A stretch of 64,000 nt of DNA from an uncultured Sulfolobales archaeon (lineage in GTDB: Archaea > Thermoproteota > Thermoprotei_A > Sulfolobales > NBVN01), in assembly GCA_937949785.1 (NCBI GenBank), contig CALEDH010000008.1:5845-69844 (forward strand), read 5' to 3'. Both the position numbers and the translations under genes were made by a program. Below are positions 9,636 through 19,106 of this stretch, piece after piece; the first letter of the stretch is position 1, and the number at the start of each line of letters is the position of its first letter. The notes beneath the pieces were generated by a model, which was not told where the DNA came from, did no database searches, and worked only from the letters and a program-made list of their open reading frames with translations.

Positions 9636-10889
9636 ATGAAACTACCTAAGCTGCCATCAATATATGACGTCGATTTAAGCAGGAAGAAAGTTTTAATACG
9701 TGTTGATTTTAACTGCCCTATAGGTGTTGATGGTAAGATCCTAGATAATTCTAGGATTAGATCGCATGTTGTCACAATTAGTGAATGCCTTAAACACGGT
9801 GCTTCGGTAGTTTTAATATCGCATCAGGGTAGGCCTGGTGAGGACGACTTCATCACTTTAGAGGGGCACTGTGAAATACTTAGTAAGTGTTTAGGGGTTA
9901 ATGTTAGGTTCGTACCAGATGTTATAGGTCCTACAGCAATTAATGAGGTTTCTAAGTTAGAGTCGGGTGAGGTACTATTACTTGATAATTTAAGATTGGT
10001 ATCTGAGGAGATCATCGAGTCGGTACCTGAGGTTCAGGCTAAGACATACCTAGTCCGTAGACTCTCACCTCATTTCAATTACTTCGTGTTCGACGCGTTT
10101 GCAACAGCCCATAGAAGTCAGCCCAGCATTGTAGGATTCCCTATGGTTTTACCCTCACTTATAGGTAGTGTTATGAAGAAAGAGTTGGACGCGTTAAGTA
10201 AGATCTTCGAAATAGTTGATGGTCCTAAACTCTTCCTCTTAGGAGGTGCTAAAGTTCAAGATACGATAAAAATTATTGAGTTCTTAACTAAGAATAAGGT
10301 CGCCGACAGAATCCTAACAGTTGGTTTAGTAGGGCTTTTCCTCCACGTAGCTAAGGGCGGTAGGATTAGTGAGGATTCGATGAGGGTTCTTGAATCAAAG
10401 GGATTACTCACCCTTATCCCCAGGGCTAGGAAGCTCATATTATCAGGCGCTCCGATAGAGACTCCCTACGACTACATAGTGTTAACAAGGGGCGGTGATG
10501 TGAGGGAGGAATCCGTATATAACTTAAGTGGTAAGGCATTAGATATAGGTTCATACACTATTTCGATGTACTCAGAGTTAATTAGGGATGCAGGGATAAT
10601 AGTGATGAGAGGCCCTGCAGGCTACGTAGAGGATAGTAGGTTCCAGAAAGGTACTGCCGAGTTATTAAGGGCTGCACTCAACAGCAACGCGTTCGTTATA
10701 GTAGGGGGTGGTCACCTAGGCGCCATGGTTGGCGACGACGTCAGGCAGAACATCCACATATCAACAGGTGGTGGAGCCCTACTCATATACCTTTCAGGCG
10801 AGCCCCTACCAGCAATAAATGCTCTTACCGAGTCAACCAAAAAGTTTTTCACCACTCAAACAATGCTACACGGTGAGGGAGGTAATTAA
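9636..10889 (+). CDS. pgk: Phosphoglycerate kinase
   Basis: RVDFN, SHQGRP, DAFATAHR, LGGAKV and HISTGGGA motifs. Confidence 0.97.
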   Translation: MKLPKLPSIYDVDLSRKKVLIRVDFNCPIGVDGKILDNSRIRSHVVTISECLKHGASVVLISHQGRPGEDDFITLEGHCEILSKCLGVNVRFVPDVIGPTAINEVSKLESGEVLLLDNLRLVSEEIIESVPEVQAKTYLVRRLSPHFNYFVFDAFATAHRSQPSIVGFPMVLPSLIGSVMKKELDALSKIFEIVDGPKLFLLGGAKVQDTIKIIEFLTKNKVADRILTVGLVGLFLHVAKGGRISEDSMRVLESKGLLTLIPRARKLILSGAPIETPYDYIVLTRGGDVREESVYNLSGKALDIGSYTISMYSELIRDAGIIVMRGPAGYVEDSRFQKGTAELLRAALNSNAFVIVGGGHLGAMVGDDVRQNIHISTGGGALLIYLSGEPLPAINALTESTKKFFTTQTMLHGEGGN

Positions 10890-10890
10890 A

Positions 10891-11313
10891 ATGACATATT
10901 ATAGAGAACCTACATACTCGATAAGCTTCATGTTTAGGAGGGTATTAATACCTATTGACGGTAGTGCAGGAAGTTTGAAAGCTCTTGACGTATCATTAGA
11001 CTTCGCTAAGAGGTATGGGTCTAAGCTAACAGTACTCATAGTAAATGATAAGAACTTAGAAGTAGAGGAAATATCTGAGGAGGTTAGGAGTAGGATACGT
11101 AAGGCTGGAATCGAGGTAAACATTAAGATCAAAGACATAAGGAATTCTAATGAGAGCGTGGTAAGTAAGATATTAGAGGAAATATCTGAAGGAAGCTATG
11201 ATTTGATAATCATAGGAGGTAGGGGTAGAACTATATCTGAGCAGATAGTCATAGGTAGTACCGTACTATCTGTAATTATAAACTCACCGGTCTCATGTAT
11301 GGTAATTAGGTAG
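10891..11313 (+). CDS. Universal stress protein
   Basis: VLIPIDGS, DLIIIGGRG and IGS motifs. Start moved to ATG 10891, after GAGGGAGG. Confidence 0.9.
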   Translation: MTYYREPTYSISFMFRRVLIPIDGSAGSLKALDVSLDFAKRYGSKLTVLIVNDKNLEVEEISEEVRSRIRKAGIEVNIKIKDIRNSNESVVSKILEEISEGSYDLIIIGGRGRTISEQIVIGSTVLSVIINSPVSCMVIR

Positions 11314-11348
11314 TATAACTTTAATACTACGAGGAGTACATCCTAGCA

Positions 11349-11400
11349 AGATGATGTGACTGAATGATATGAACGGTGATTAAACTCCCATGAACTGAAA
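11349..11400 (+). ncRNA. Candidate box C/D guide sRNA
   Basis: C ATGATGT (11351), 11 nt, D' ATGA, ACG, C' GTGATTA, 12 nt, D CTGA (11395-11398). Spacing is canonical but three boxes are degenerate. Confidence 0.4.
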
Positions 11401-11557
11401 CCACTAAAACTTAGTACATTATCTAACACCGCAAGCTGATGTCCGAACCTAACGCTACGGGAATTAACACCGAGCTAGAGCTTAGGGTTTCTAACTAGGT
11501 TCGATGGGGTAATTCAGAGTTTAGTTGGTTTGAGTTCTCGAGGTATGCTTAACTACT

Positions 11558-12616
11558 TTAACTATTAATTCTGAGAAATTCTAGTATGGTGTCCCGGTAA
11601 ACCCTAGCCCCTAACTCTAATTCCTCAATACTTACTTCTTCGTAATCACTGTGTGAGAGTTCAGGGTTACCAGGTCCGTAACTAACTATATTACCTGTTA
11701 GGGCTGCAAGTATGTTCATATCACTGGTACCTAATTTAATTACTGGTGATGGTTTTAAGTTATTATTGATTATAGACCTGATTAACGCTCTAACTATCGG
11801 TAGGTTAACGCTTACCTTGATAGGCGGAGTTTCATCTATTACTTCGTAGGTACAGTGGTTTGAGAGGTGATTATTAATCTCAGACTTAATGTTTTCAATG
11901 TCTAGACCGGTCGGTATTCTCACATCTACTATTCCTTCACACTCCTTAGGAATTACGCTGAAGGGTTGCCCGCCGTATATGTAGTTTACACCTAAGCTTA
12001 GGTGTTGATGAGCTTTACTCAGTTCCTTAATTCTTAGCCACGACTTCAAAAACTCCTCAATTGCTGAGAGACCACCTTCAGGATATGATGAGTGTCCCCC
12101 ACTACCGTAGCATTTAATACGTATTTTAACACTACCTCTATATCCTATGACAACTCCATCACATCCTGAGGGCTCACCGATAATTATTGCTGTAGGCTTT
12201 ATGTTCTTCTTAATTAACGCTCTTGCACCAGGACTCCTGCCTTCCTCCCCAACCAACGCTGCAACGGTTACTTTAAAGCCATCAGTATTTCTTAAATGTT
12301 TGAAAGCTTCTAAAGCTCCTACAGTCATAGCTACTAAGGGGCCTTTAGCATCTACAGCCCCCCTACCCTTAAAGACCTCACCATCATACGATACTGGTAA
12401 TTCCCCTGGGACGGTGTCTATATGCCCGGCAAGAAGTAACCACTTACTACCCTCACCGTAATTTAATACTGCATTCCCCACATCATCTATTACTACCTCC
12501 CCTATACCAGTTGTTCTCACAATATCAACGTATTTCCTCACAGCGTTTAACTCATTCCCTGTAGGACTATATGTCTTAAGCAGCTCTAACATTAGTTCTT
12601 CTAATAAACTCCTCAT
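11558..12616 (-). CDS. lysK: [LysW]-lysine/[LysW]-ornithine hydrolase
   Basis: M20 motifs GHIDTV, GAVDAKG, GEEG and a C-terminal H; lies in the lysW cluster. Confidence 0.92.
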   Translation of the reverse strand: MRSLLEELMLELLKTYSPTGNELNAVRKYVDIVRTTGIGEVVIDDVGNAVLNYGEGSKWLLLAGHIDTVPGELPVSYDGEVFKGRGAVDAKGPLVAMTVGALEAFKHLRNTDGFKVTVAALVGEEGRSPGARALIKKNIKPTAIIIGEPSGCDGVVIGYRGSVKIRIKCYGSGGHSSYPEGGLSAIEEFLKSWLRIKELSKAHQHLSLGVNYIYGGQPFSVIPKECEGIVDVRIPTGLDIENIKSEINNHLSNHCTYEVIDETPPIKVSVNLPIVRALIRSIINNNLKPSPVIKLGTSDMNILAALTGNIVSYGPGNPELSHSDYEEVSIEELELGARVYRDTILEFLRINS

Positions 12617-13757
12617 CCAAACACCTACTCATCACAGATACTAGTCTAGTAATATCATCTTTATTTATCAAGTATGGGGGAAGTAATCTAACTACCGTGG
12701 TACCTGCCTTCAATGCCAGTATGCCGTTTCTCTGAAGGCATTCTATTACGTTCTTAGGGTCGAACCTTAGCTCCGCACCTACCATTAACCCTAAGCCCCT
12801 TAATTCTCTGACCATCTTACTATTACCTATGGCGTTTGATAACTCATGCATTATTAACTTACCAGCTTCTCTAGTCCTACCCGCAACATCATCGCTGGTA
12901 ATCACGTCAACACCAGCTTTTATAGCTGCTAGTGATAGCGGGTTTGCGCCGAAGGTAGACCCGTGATCTCCCTCCCCTACTAAGTCCCCAATCTCCTCTG
13001 AGATGAGGGCAACTGAGACTGGAAAACCACCCCCTAAGGCCTTACCAGTAAGCATTATATCACCGTAAACTCCGAAGATGTCTGAAGCCCATACGCTGCC
13101 AGTCCTACCACATCCGGTCTGAATTTCATCAACTATTAATAGGACACCTCTCTCATAGGTGATCTGCCTGAGAGCTTTCATAAACTCATGTGTTGCTGGG
13201 TTAACGCCGCCCTCACCCTGCACTGGTTCGACGATAACAGCTGCGACGTTGTCGGTAATACCCTTTTCTAGGGAGCTTACGTCATTGTACTTCAGGAACT
13301 CTACGTCACCGATTAGAGGTTTGAAAGGCTCTCTATACTTAGGATTCCACGTCACTGATATAGCGCCGAAGGTACGGCCGTGGAATGAGTTAATAAATGA
13401 GACGAATTTAGACTTCTTACTGACCTTCCTAGCAACTTTTAAAGTGAAGTCGACACATTCGGAGCCTGAGTTCAGTACGTAGGCATAGCTATACTTGCTG
13501 GGAACAACTCTTTCCAAGGCTTTAATAGCTTCATCCCTTAAATCACTTTCATAGGATGTTGATAGCGTGATCAGGACGTCTAGCTGCTCCTTCAAAGCGT
13601 TGACTATCTTTGGATTCCTATGCCCTAAGAACGCTACTCCATGCCCTGTATGGCAGTCTAAATACTTATTACCATTAGAATCCCAAACGTACTGCCCCTC
13701 ACCACTCACTATTTTAATTCCTCTAGAACCGTATAAGTTTAAATATCTGAGAGGCAT
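12576..13757 (-). CDS. lysJ: [LysW]-aminoadipate/glutamate semialdehyde aminotransferase
   Basis: Class III PLP motifs FHGRT, EPVQGEGG, DEIQTG and GKALGGG; cluster context. Confidence 0.92.
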   Translation of the reverse strand: MPLRYLNLYGSRGIKIVSGEGQYVWDSNGNKYLDCHTGHGVAFLGHRNPKIVNALKEQLDVLITLSTSYESDLRDEAIKALERVVPSKYSYAYVLNSGSECVDFTLKVARKVSKKSKFVSFINSFHGRTFGAISVTWNPKYREPFKPLIGDVEFLKYNDVSSLEKGITDNVAAVIVEPVQGEGGVNPATHEFMKALRQITYERGVLLIVDEIQTGCGRTGSVWASDIFGVYGDIMLTGKALGGGFPVSVALISEEIGDLVGEGDHGSTFGANPLSLAAIKAGVDVITSDDVAGRTREAGKLIMHELSNAIGNSKMVRELRGLGLMVGAELRFDPKNVIECLQRNGILALKAGTTVVRLLPPYLINKDDITRLVSVMSRCLDEEFIRRTNVRAA

Positions 13758-14620
13758 TAACGCCTCACCAAAGAAGAAATATGCTCTAAGACCTTACGTG
13801 TTAGGTCGTAGCCAGTCACAGCTACGGTATTCTTAAACTCCGTTACGGCGTTAACCTCATTAACTAGGTATCCTCTCTCAGGGTCCTCAAATACATCTAT
13901 GCCGAGGAAATGTCCTTCAACAACTCCGGCAGTTCTTAAAGCTAAATCCTCTAGTTCAGGGTCTATATGCGCTGTAACAGCCTTCCCACCCCTAGCTGTA
14001 TTCGTTATCCAGTGACTACTATATCTGTATATAGCTACGGGGACTTCATCACCTACAGTAAACACTCTAATATCCCTACCAGGCTTCCTCACAAATTCCT
14101 GGATGTAGTAGATACTGTGTATTGGGTTATGCATATAAGTCCTATGTTCTATGATAGACCTCATATCCTCCTCATCATCTATTAGCGCTAATAACCTACC
14201 CCAACTACCGTAAACAGGTTTAATCACGAACGGATAGCCTAACTTTTCAGCAATCTTCGGAGCGGTATCGTGGTTGAAGGACACATATGTCTTCGGAACA
14301 GGTATCTTATTTTTTATTAGGAGGGACGTGGTCCACAACTTATCTTGGCAAATCATTATCGTATACGATTTATTAATAACGTCTATCCCGTATGACTCCA
14401 CTAAAATAGTTGATTCTAATGAGTTGTAAAAACTAACACTTCTCTGAAGTCCGATATCAGCACCGCTAAAATCCAATGAACTACCATTGCCGACCTCACC
14501 GTAGATAGTTGGTATGTGTACGGGAATTATGCTGATATCTAACTTCTTTGCAGTCTCTATGAATGACTTCTCCTCCCATCGAAGAACATCATAAAGTAGT
14601 AGTATGTTTACTCTCCCCAA
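13757..14620 (-). CDS. lysX: Alpha-aminoadipate--LysW ligase
   Basis: ATP-grasp motifs KPVYGSWGR, W.TNTARGG and NEVN; EFKNT is the LysX-type signature; overlaps the lysW stop. Confidence 0.92.
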   Translation of the reverse strand: MGRVNILLLYDVLRWEEKSFIETAKKLDISIIPVHIPTIYGEVGNGSSLDFSGADIGLQRSVSFYNSLESTILVESYGIDVINKSYTIMICQDKLWTTSLLIKNKIPVPKTYVSFNHDTAPKIAEKLGYPFVIKPVYGSWGRLLALIDDEEDMRSIIEHRTYMHNPIHSIYYIQEFVRKPGRDIRVFTVGDEVPVAIYRYSSHWITNTARGGKAVTAHIDPELEDLALRTAGVVEGHFLGIDVFEDPERGYLVNEVNAVTEFKNTVAVTGYDLTRKVLEHISSLVRR

Positions 14621-14775
14621 TCCTCTCTCACACCTTCTAAAGGTCTTAGTTTGATTGAACCACCTTCATTTACTACTTCTAAAGTAATCCCACATTCATG
14701 ATCTATTAGTTCTCCGGGTAATGCGTCGTCAGGTACTTCTACATCACCGCCGCATATGGGGCATTTGATTATCAC
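14608..14775 (-). CDS. lysW: Amino-group carrier protein LysW (55 aa; not in ORF track)
   Basis: Manual translation gives MIIKCPICGGDVEVPDDALPGELIDHECGITLEVVNEGGSIKLRPLEGVREDWGE: CxxC/HxC zinc ribbon and C-terminal EDWGE. Confidence 0.97.
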   Translation of the reverse strand: MIIKCPICGGDVEVPDDALPGELIDHECGITLEVVNEGGSIKLRPLEGVREDWGE

Positions 14776-14840
14776 TTGCTGACACCAATGATAGCTTCCC
14801 CAGTACGGAGTTTATAAAATTATTTATGGATGGCTTAACA

Positions 14841-14891
14841 ACTTATTTGAACTAACACGTATGTAGTTCAAACCTACTTATTTGAATAAGT
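14841..14891. promoter_or_regulatory. Candidate operator(s) in the lysW/argX divergent promoter
   Basis: Inverted repeat TTTGAACTA-N9-TAGTTCAAA (14846-14872); ACTTATTTGAA repeated at 14841 and 14876; lysW TATA (TTTTATAAA on the minus strand) near 14811-14819. Confidence 0.4.
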
Positions 14892-15127
14892 GCGAAGTTT
14901 ATAGCGGATATTGCTGCTTGGGGCTTAGCCGGATGCTGTATTCTATAGGTGGTATAGCTTAGTTCCTGTAGAATATATTTAGATTCCCTTGACTTACAAT
15001 AAAATAAAATTTGATTAAAGCTTTTAAGTAGTTTCAACAACTATTACGATATGTAGGCGTGATTAAGGAAATATAGGTGGTGGTCTAGGTTTAATAGACA
15101 CGTCCTATGGTGGGGTGCTGTTCTAGG

Positions 15128-15967
15128 ATGAATTACTACTTAGCAGTTGATATTATAAGGTATGATGAGAAGTTATTGATTGAAGCTTTTAAGGGTTTAG
15201 GTATTGATGTTATTATTATTAAGGTGGACAGCGAATTACTTCCTTTAATTGACAGTAGAACATTAAGCGATAGTTTAGTTGTTATGAGGCCTATCTCAGC
15301 CTATAACGCTATATACTCAGCTGTGGCGTTTGAGTCTATGGGGGCCTTAACAGTTAACTCTTCTAGGACGCTGTACTTATGTAATGATAAGATCCTCACC
15401 TACGGTTGTCTTATTAGGGAAGGCCTTAGAATACCTAAGACATGCATAGCTCTTTCAAATACATCACTTCAGTCTGTTAGTGGTAGGCTGAAGTTCCCAC
15501 TTATAGATAAACCACCTATAGGGAGTTGGGGTAGGTTGGTTAGCTATGTTAGAGATAGTGTTGATTTGAAGATGATTTCAGAGCATAGAGAGTTTATGGG
15601 GCCTATTATTAAGACCCACGTCATTCAGGAGGTCGTAGGTTTGGGGAAGGACATAAGGTGTATAGTTGTGGGTGATGATGTTTTAGGCTGTATGATGAGG
15701 AGGGCATCTGCGGATGAGTGGAGGAGTAATGTTGCCTTAGGCGGCACTGTTGAGAACTATCCAGTGGATAGTGAGGTTGAGGAATTAGTTATTAGGGCTT
15801 CTAGGTCTGTAGGGGCTGAATTCGTAGGTGTTGACCTATTAGTAGGGGATGGGTACTATGTTAATGAGGTTAATGGGGTTCCAGAATTTAAGGGCTTTAT
15901 AAAAGCTACTGGTATTAAGGTTCACGAATATCTAGTTAAATACCTAGTAAGTAGTAGTAGGAGGTAG
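15128..15967 (+). CDS. argX: Glutamate--LysW ligase
   Basis: ATP-grasp motifs KPPIGSWGR, WRSNVALGG and NEVNGVPEFKGF; the GF signature separates ArgX from LysX. Start moved from 15107. Confidence 0.88.
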   Translation: MNYYLAVDIIRYDEKLLIEAFKGLGIDVIIIKVDSELLPLIDSRTLSDSLVVMRPISAYNAIYSAVAFESMGALTVNSSRTLYLCNDKILTYGCLIREGLRIPKTCIALSNTSLQSVSGRLKFPLIDKPPIGSWGRLVSYVRDSVDLKMISEHREFMGPIIKTHVIQEVVGLGKDIRCIVVGDDVLGCMMRRASADEWRSNVALGGTVENYPVDSEVEELVIRASRSVGAEFVGVDLLVGDGYYVNEVNGVPEFKGFIKATGIKVHEYLVKYLVSSSRR

Positions 15968-15972
15968 GTAGG

Positions 15973-17025
15973 TTGGTTTTTAGGGTAGGTATTGTCGGGG
16001 CTTCAGGCTATACTGGTGGTGAGCTGCTGAGAATTCTGGCTAACCACCCCGGAGTGGAGATCACATACGTTACTTCCAGGGAGTATGTTGGGAAGCCGGT
16101 ACATTACGTACATTACAATTTGAGAGGTTATTATAGAGGGCTTAAATTCGTTGAATTCGATGTTAACGGCGTTTCACGGAATTCGGATGTAGTCTTCCTC
16201 ACCTTACCGCATGGTGTTTCAGTAAACTACGTTCCTAAACTACTTGAGGTAGGTCTTAGGGTAGTGGATTTAAGCGCTGACTTCAGGTTGAAGAAACCTG
16301 AGCTCTACGAGTTTTGGTATGGTTTTAAACACCCCTACCCAGACCTTCTGAGTAAGGCCGTCTACGGATTACCTGAGATACATAGGGATGAACTTAGGAA
16401 TACTGGCTTAATAGCGTCGCCTGGATGTAATGCAACTGCTGTTATCCTCTCCTTACTGCCATTGGCTAAGACTGGTGTTGTTGATTTAAGCAAGGTTGTT
16501 GCGGATGTTAAGGCTGGTAGTAGTGAGGGGGGTTCAAAACCCAGTCAGGGTTCACATCACCCTGAGAGGGAGGGTGCTATAAGACCTTACGAAGCTGAGG
16601 GGCATAGACATGCAGCTGAGGTTGAGCAGGAGCTAACTTACTTAACAGGTAGTGAGGTCAACGTAACTTTAATACCTCATGCTGTGAGTAGTGTTAGAGG
16701 TGTTCTCACATCAACACATCTATGGTTTAAGGACTATATAGATGATATAGACTTAATGAAGCTTTTCGTACAGACGTACTCTAAGGAACCGTTCGTGAGG
16801 TTTGTTAAGACATCACCTCCAGGGTACCCAGATCCGAAGTATGTTGTAGGTAGTAATTACGTGGATGTGAGCTACGCTGTAGAGAGGAGGGTGAGGAGGT
16901 TAACGGTCTTCGCAGCTTTAGATAATCTAATGAAGGGAGCAGCTGGTCAGGCAGTTCAAGCATTCAATATTATGATGGGATTTGAAGAGGGGTTAGGCCT
17001 TAAATACCCACCTTTAAAGCCTTAG
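15973..17025 (+). CDS. lysY: [LysW]-aminoadipyl/glutamyl-phosphate reductase (ArgC family)
   Basis: GASGYTGGE, DLSADFR, PGCNAT and DNLMKGAAGQA motifs. Confidence 0.95.
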   Translation: MVFRVGIVGASGYTGGELLRILANHPGVEITYVTSREYVGKPVHYVHYNLRGYYRGLKFVEFDVNGVSRNSDVVFLTLPHGVSVNYVPKLLEVGLRVVDLSADFRLKKPELYEFWYGFKHPYPDLLSKAVYGLPEIHRDELRNTGLIASPGCNATAVILSLLPLAKTGVVDLSKVVADVKAGSSEGGSKPSQGSHHPEREGAIRPYEAEGHRHAAEVEQELTYLTGSEVNVTLIPHAVSSVRGVLTSTHLWFKDYIDDIDLMKLFVQTYSKEPFVRFVKTSPPGYPDPKYVVGSNYVDVSYAVERRVRRLTVFAALDNLMKGAAGQAVQAFNIMMGFEEGLGLKYPPLKP

Positions 17026-17038
17026 GAGGGATTTAGCG

Positions 17039-17836
17039 ATGTACGTCATTAAGGTCGGGGGTAAGGTATTAGATAGGAACTTACCTAAGGTTGTTGAGAG
17101 TATTAGTAGGGAGTTGTCTAAAACCCCTATAGTGTTAGCACATGGTGGTGGAAACGTAGTTACGGAGTACTGCAGGAGGTTAGGCGTTGAGCCTAAATTC
17201 GTTACCTCCCCAGAAGGTATTAGGAGTAGATATACTGATAGGGGCGAGCTTGAAGTGTATGTAATGGTAATGGCTGGGAAGTTAAATAAGGAGATAGTAG
17301 CTGGTTTAGTGGCTAGAGGTGTTAAGGCCGTAGGTATTACAGGAGCTGATGGGCCGACGCTAATTGCTGAGAGGAAGAAGAGGATAGTAGTTATCGATGA
17401 AAGGGGTAGGAAGAGGGTTATTGATGGAGGTTATACTGGGAGGGTAGTTAGCGTTAACTCTGACCTACTGAAAACGTTCTTAAGCAATGGTTACACAGTT
17501 GTAGTAGCCCCTATAGCTATAGATGATGAAGGGAATATGTTAAACGTCGACGCAGACCAGGTAGCCTTTAAGATTTCCTCAACCCTCAGAGTTGATAAGC
17601 TAATAATACTAACAGACGTTCCCGGTGTCTTCGTAGATGGTGAGGTGGTAAAGCATATAAAGGCTGATGAGGTGGGGGATATCTTAAGTAAGGTAGGTGC
17701 TGGCATGAATAGAAAGTTGATAGAGGCATTAAATGCTATAAGAAGCGGTGTCGGCGAGGTAGTAATAACTTCAGGCATTGTTGAAGACCCCGTAGGTGAG
17801 GTTTTAAGAGGAAACGGTACCGTGGTGAGTCAATGA
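17039..17836 (+). CDS. lysZ: [LysW]-aminoadipate/glutamate kinase (ArgB family)
   Basis: KVGG, HGGG, SPEGIRSRYT, GGYTG and NVDAD motifs. Confidence 0.95.
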   Translation: MYVIKVGGKVLDRNLPKVVESISRELSKTPIVLAHGGGNVVTEYCRRLGVEPKFVTSPEGIRSRYTDRGELEVYVMVMAGKLNKEIVAGLVARGVKAVGITGADGPTLIAERKKRIVVIDERGRKRVIDGGYTGRVVSVNSDLLKTFLSNGYTVVVAPIAIDDEGNMLNVDADQVAFKISSTLRVDKLIILTDVPGVFVDGEVVKHIKADEVGDILSKVGAGMNRKLIEALNAIRSGVGEVVITSGIVEDPVGEVLRGNGTVVSQ

Positions 17837-18267
17837 GTCAACGTGAAGTCTTATTAGATGAGGTGGACATTAAGATATTAAGTAGGTTGAGGGAGAATGC
17901 TAGGACTCCATACACCGAGATGGCTAAGGAATTAAGACTCAGTGAATCAGCGATTCGTAAGAGGATTAATAGGTTAGCTAAAGCAGGGGTTATTAGGAGG
18001 TTTACGATAGATTACAGCATTAACAACGAGATTAGGGCTATAATCCTAGTTAAGACGCAACCTCAAACCTCAGTGCCTGAAGTATCTAAAAACCTAATAA
18101 GAGTTACATGTACTGATAGACTTTACGAAATAACGGGTGAGTATGATATAGTGATAGTCGGGGTCACTACAGATATACCTAGCCTAAATAAATGCATAGA
18201 TGAGATAAGGAATACTAAGGGGGTCTCCTCAACTAATTCCATGGTCGTATTAAGGTCTTGGCCGTAA
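17833..18267 (+). CDS. lysM: Lrp/AsnC family regulator LysM
   Basis: Lrp HTH (LDEVD...NARTP...SESAIRKRI) plus RAM domain (EITGEYD); follows lysYZ as in Sulfolobus. Confidence 0.85.
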   Translation: MSQREVLLDEVDIKILSRLRENARTPYTEMAKELRLSESAIRKRINRLAKAGVIRRFTIDYSINNEIRAIILVKTQPQTSVPEVSKNLIRVTCTDRLYEITGEYDIVIVGVTTDIPSLNKCIDEIRNTKGVSSTNSMVVLRSWP

Positions 18268-18358
18268 ACTCCGGGGGTAAAGAAAGTCCACCCCATATTA
18301 GAAATTAGATTGAAGTCCTATAGTTAACTTAATAATTTAGGTTGCTGAGTAATCCTCA

Positions 18359-19033
18359 GTGCTGCTAATGATTGAAGGCAGACTATCGTTAAAGTTAGTA
18401 GTAGTCTTCGTAAGTTTTGATGTACCGGAATTCATATGTGATATAATCACATCGTTCGAAGGTTTTGGGAAGGTGATATCATTTGATAAGTTATCTGAGT
18501 CTTCAGCTCTGCTGAGGGTGGGGGCTATTGACCTTATCCTAATAGGAGGTTCTGGGAGGTTAGTTAAGGCCGAACTACTTATGGATAACTGTAGCTTATC
18601 TGACGGCTTCAGCGGGTTAGTTAACGTTTTTAAGAAATTGTTAGGCTTGAAGTCAACAGCAGTTACGGTAAGGGATGTAGAGCTTATTAGCAGTTACGAA
18701 ACATACATACCTCTAGCTAAGACTTTAAGTTACGAACCTACCAACGTTTCAAAGGTATTAAGTAGCTATGGTATTTTAGTCAATAAAATAAGTTCTGAGA
18801 GCTTAGACTACGCGGAATTACTTAACGTTTTAGGTACTTACGTGATTAGCGGTTTAGGGGTGGTTACGGTAACCTACGTACTCCTACTAAGGAATTACGC
18901 GGTAAGAGCCTCGCTCACCGTTAGTAAGAAAGTTGACATCTTAGAGGTTAATGAGCAGGTAATTAGGAAGATACTCTACGAATTACAGATGCTTACCCAG
19001 GTAATTAGTGAGGAGCTCTACTTTAAAGGTTGA
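18359..19033 (+). CDS. Hypothetical protein
   Basis: 224-aa ORF with no recognised motif. Confidence 0.6.
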   Translation: MLLMIEGRLSLKLVVVFVSFDVPEFICDIITSFEGFGKVISFDKLSESSALLRVGAIDLILIGGSGRLVKAELLMDNCSLSDGFSGLVNVFKKLLGLKSTAVTVRDVELISSYETYIPLAKTLSYEPTNVSKVLSSYGILVNKISSESLDYAELLNVLGTYVISGLGVVTVTYVLLLRNYAVRASLTVSKKVDILEVNEQVIRKILYELQMLTQVISEELYFKG

Positions 19034-19106
19034 TGGCTCGGAAGGTAAGGTGTCGGAAAAACTTATTAAATTTAATTTAATTACCGAAAGGAGTGGTGGA
19101 TACGTA

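Noticed and set aside
10819-10890. Usp start overlapping pgk by 71 nt
   Set aside because: ATG 10891 has a ribosome-binding site and follows the pgk stop directly.
14852-15040. 62-aa minus-strand ORF in the lys divergent spacer
   Set aside because: AT-rich promoter region with no motif; the real small gene here is lysW (14608..14775).
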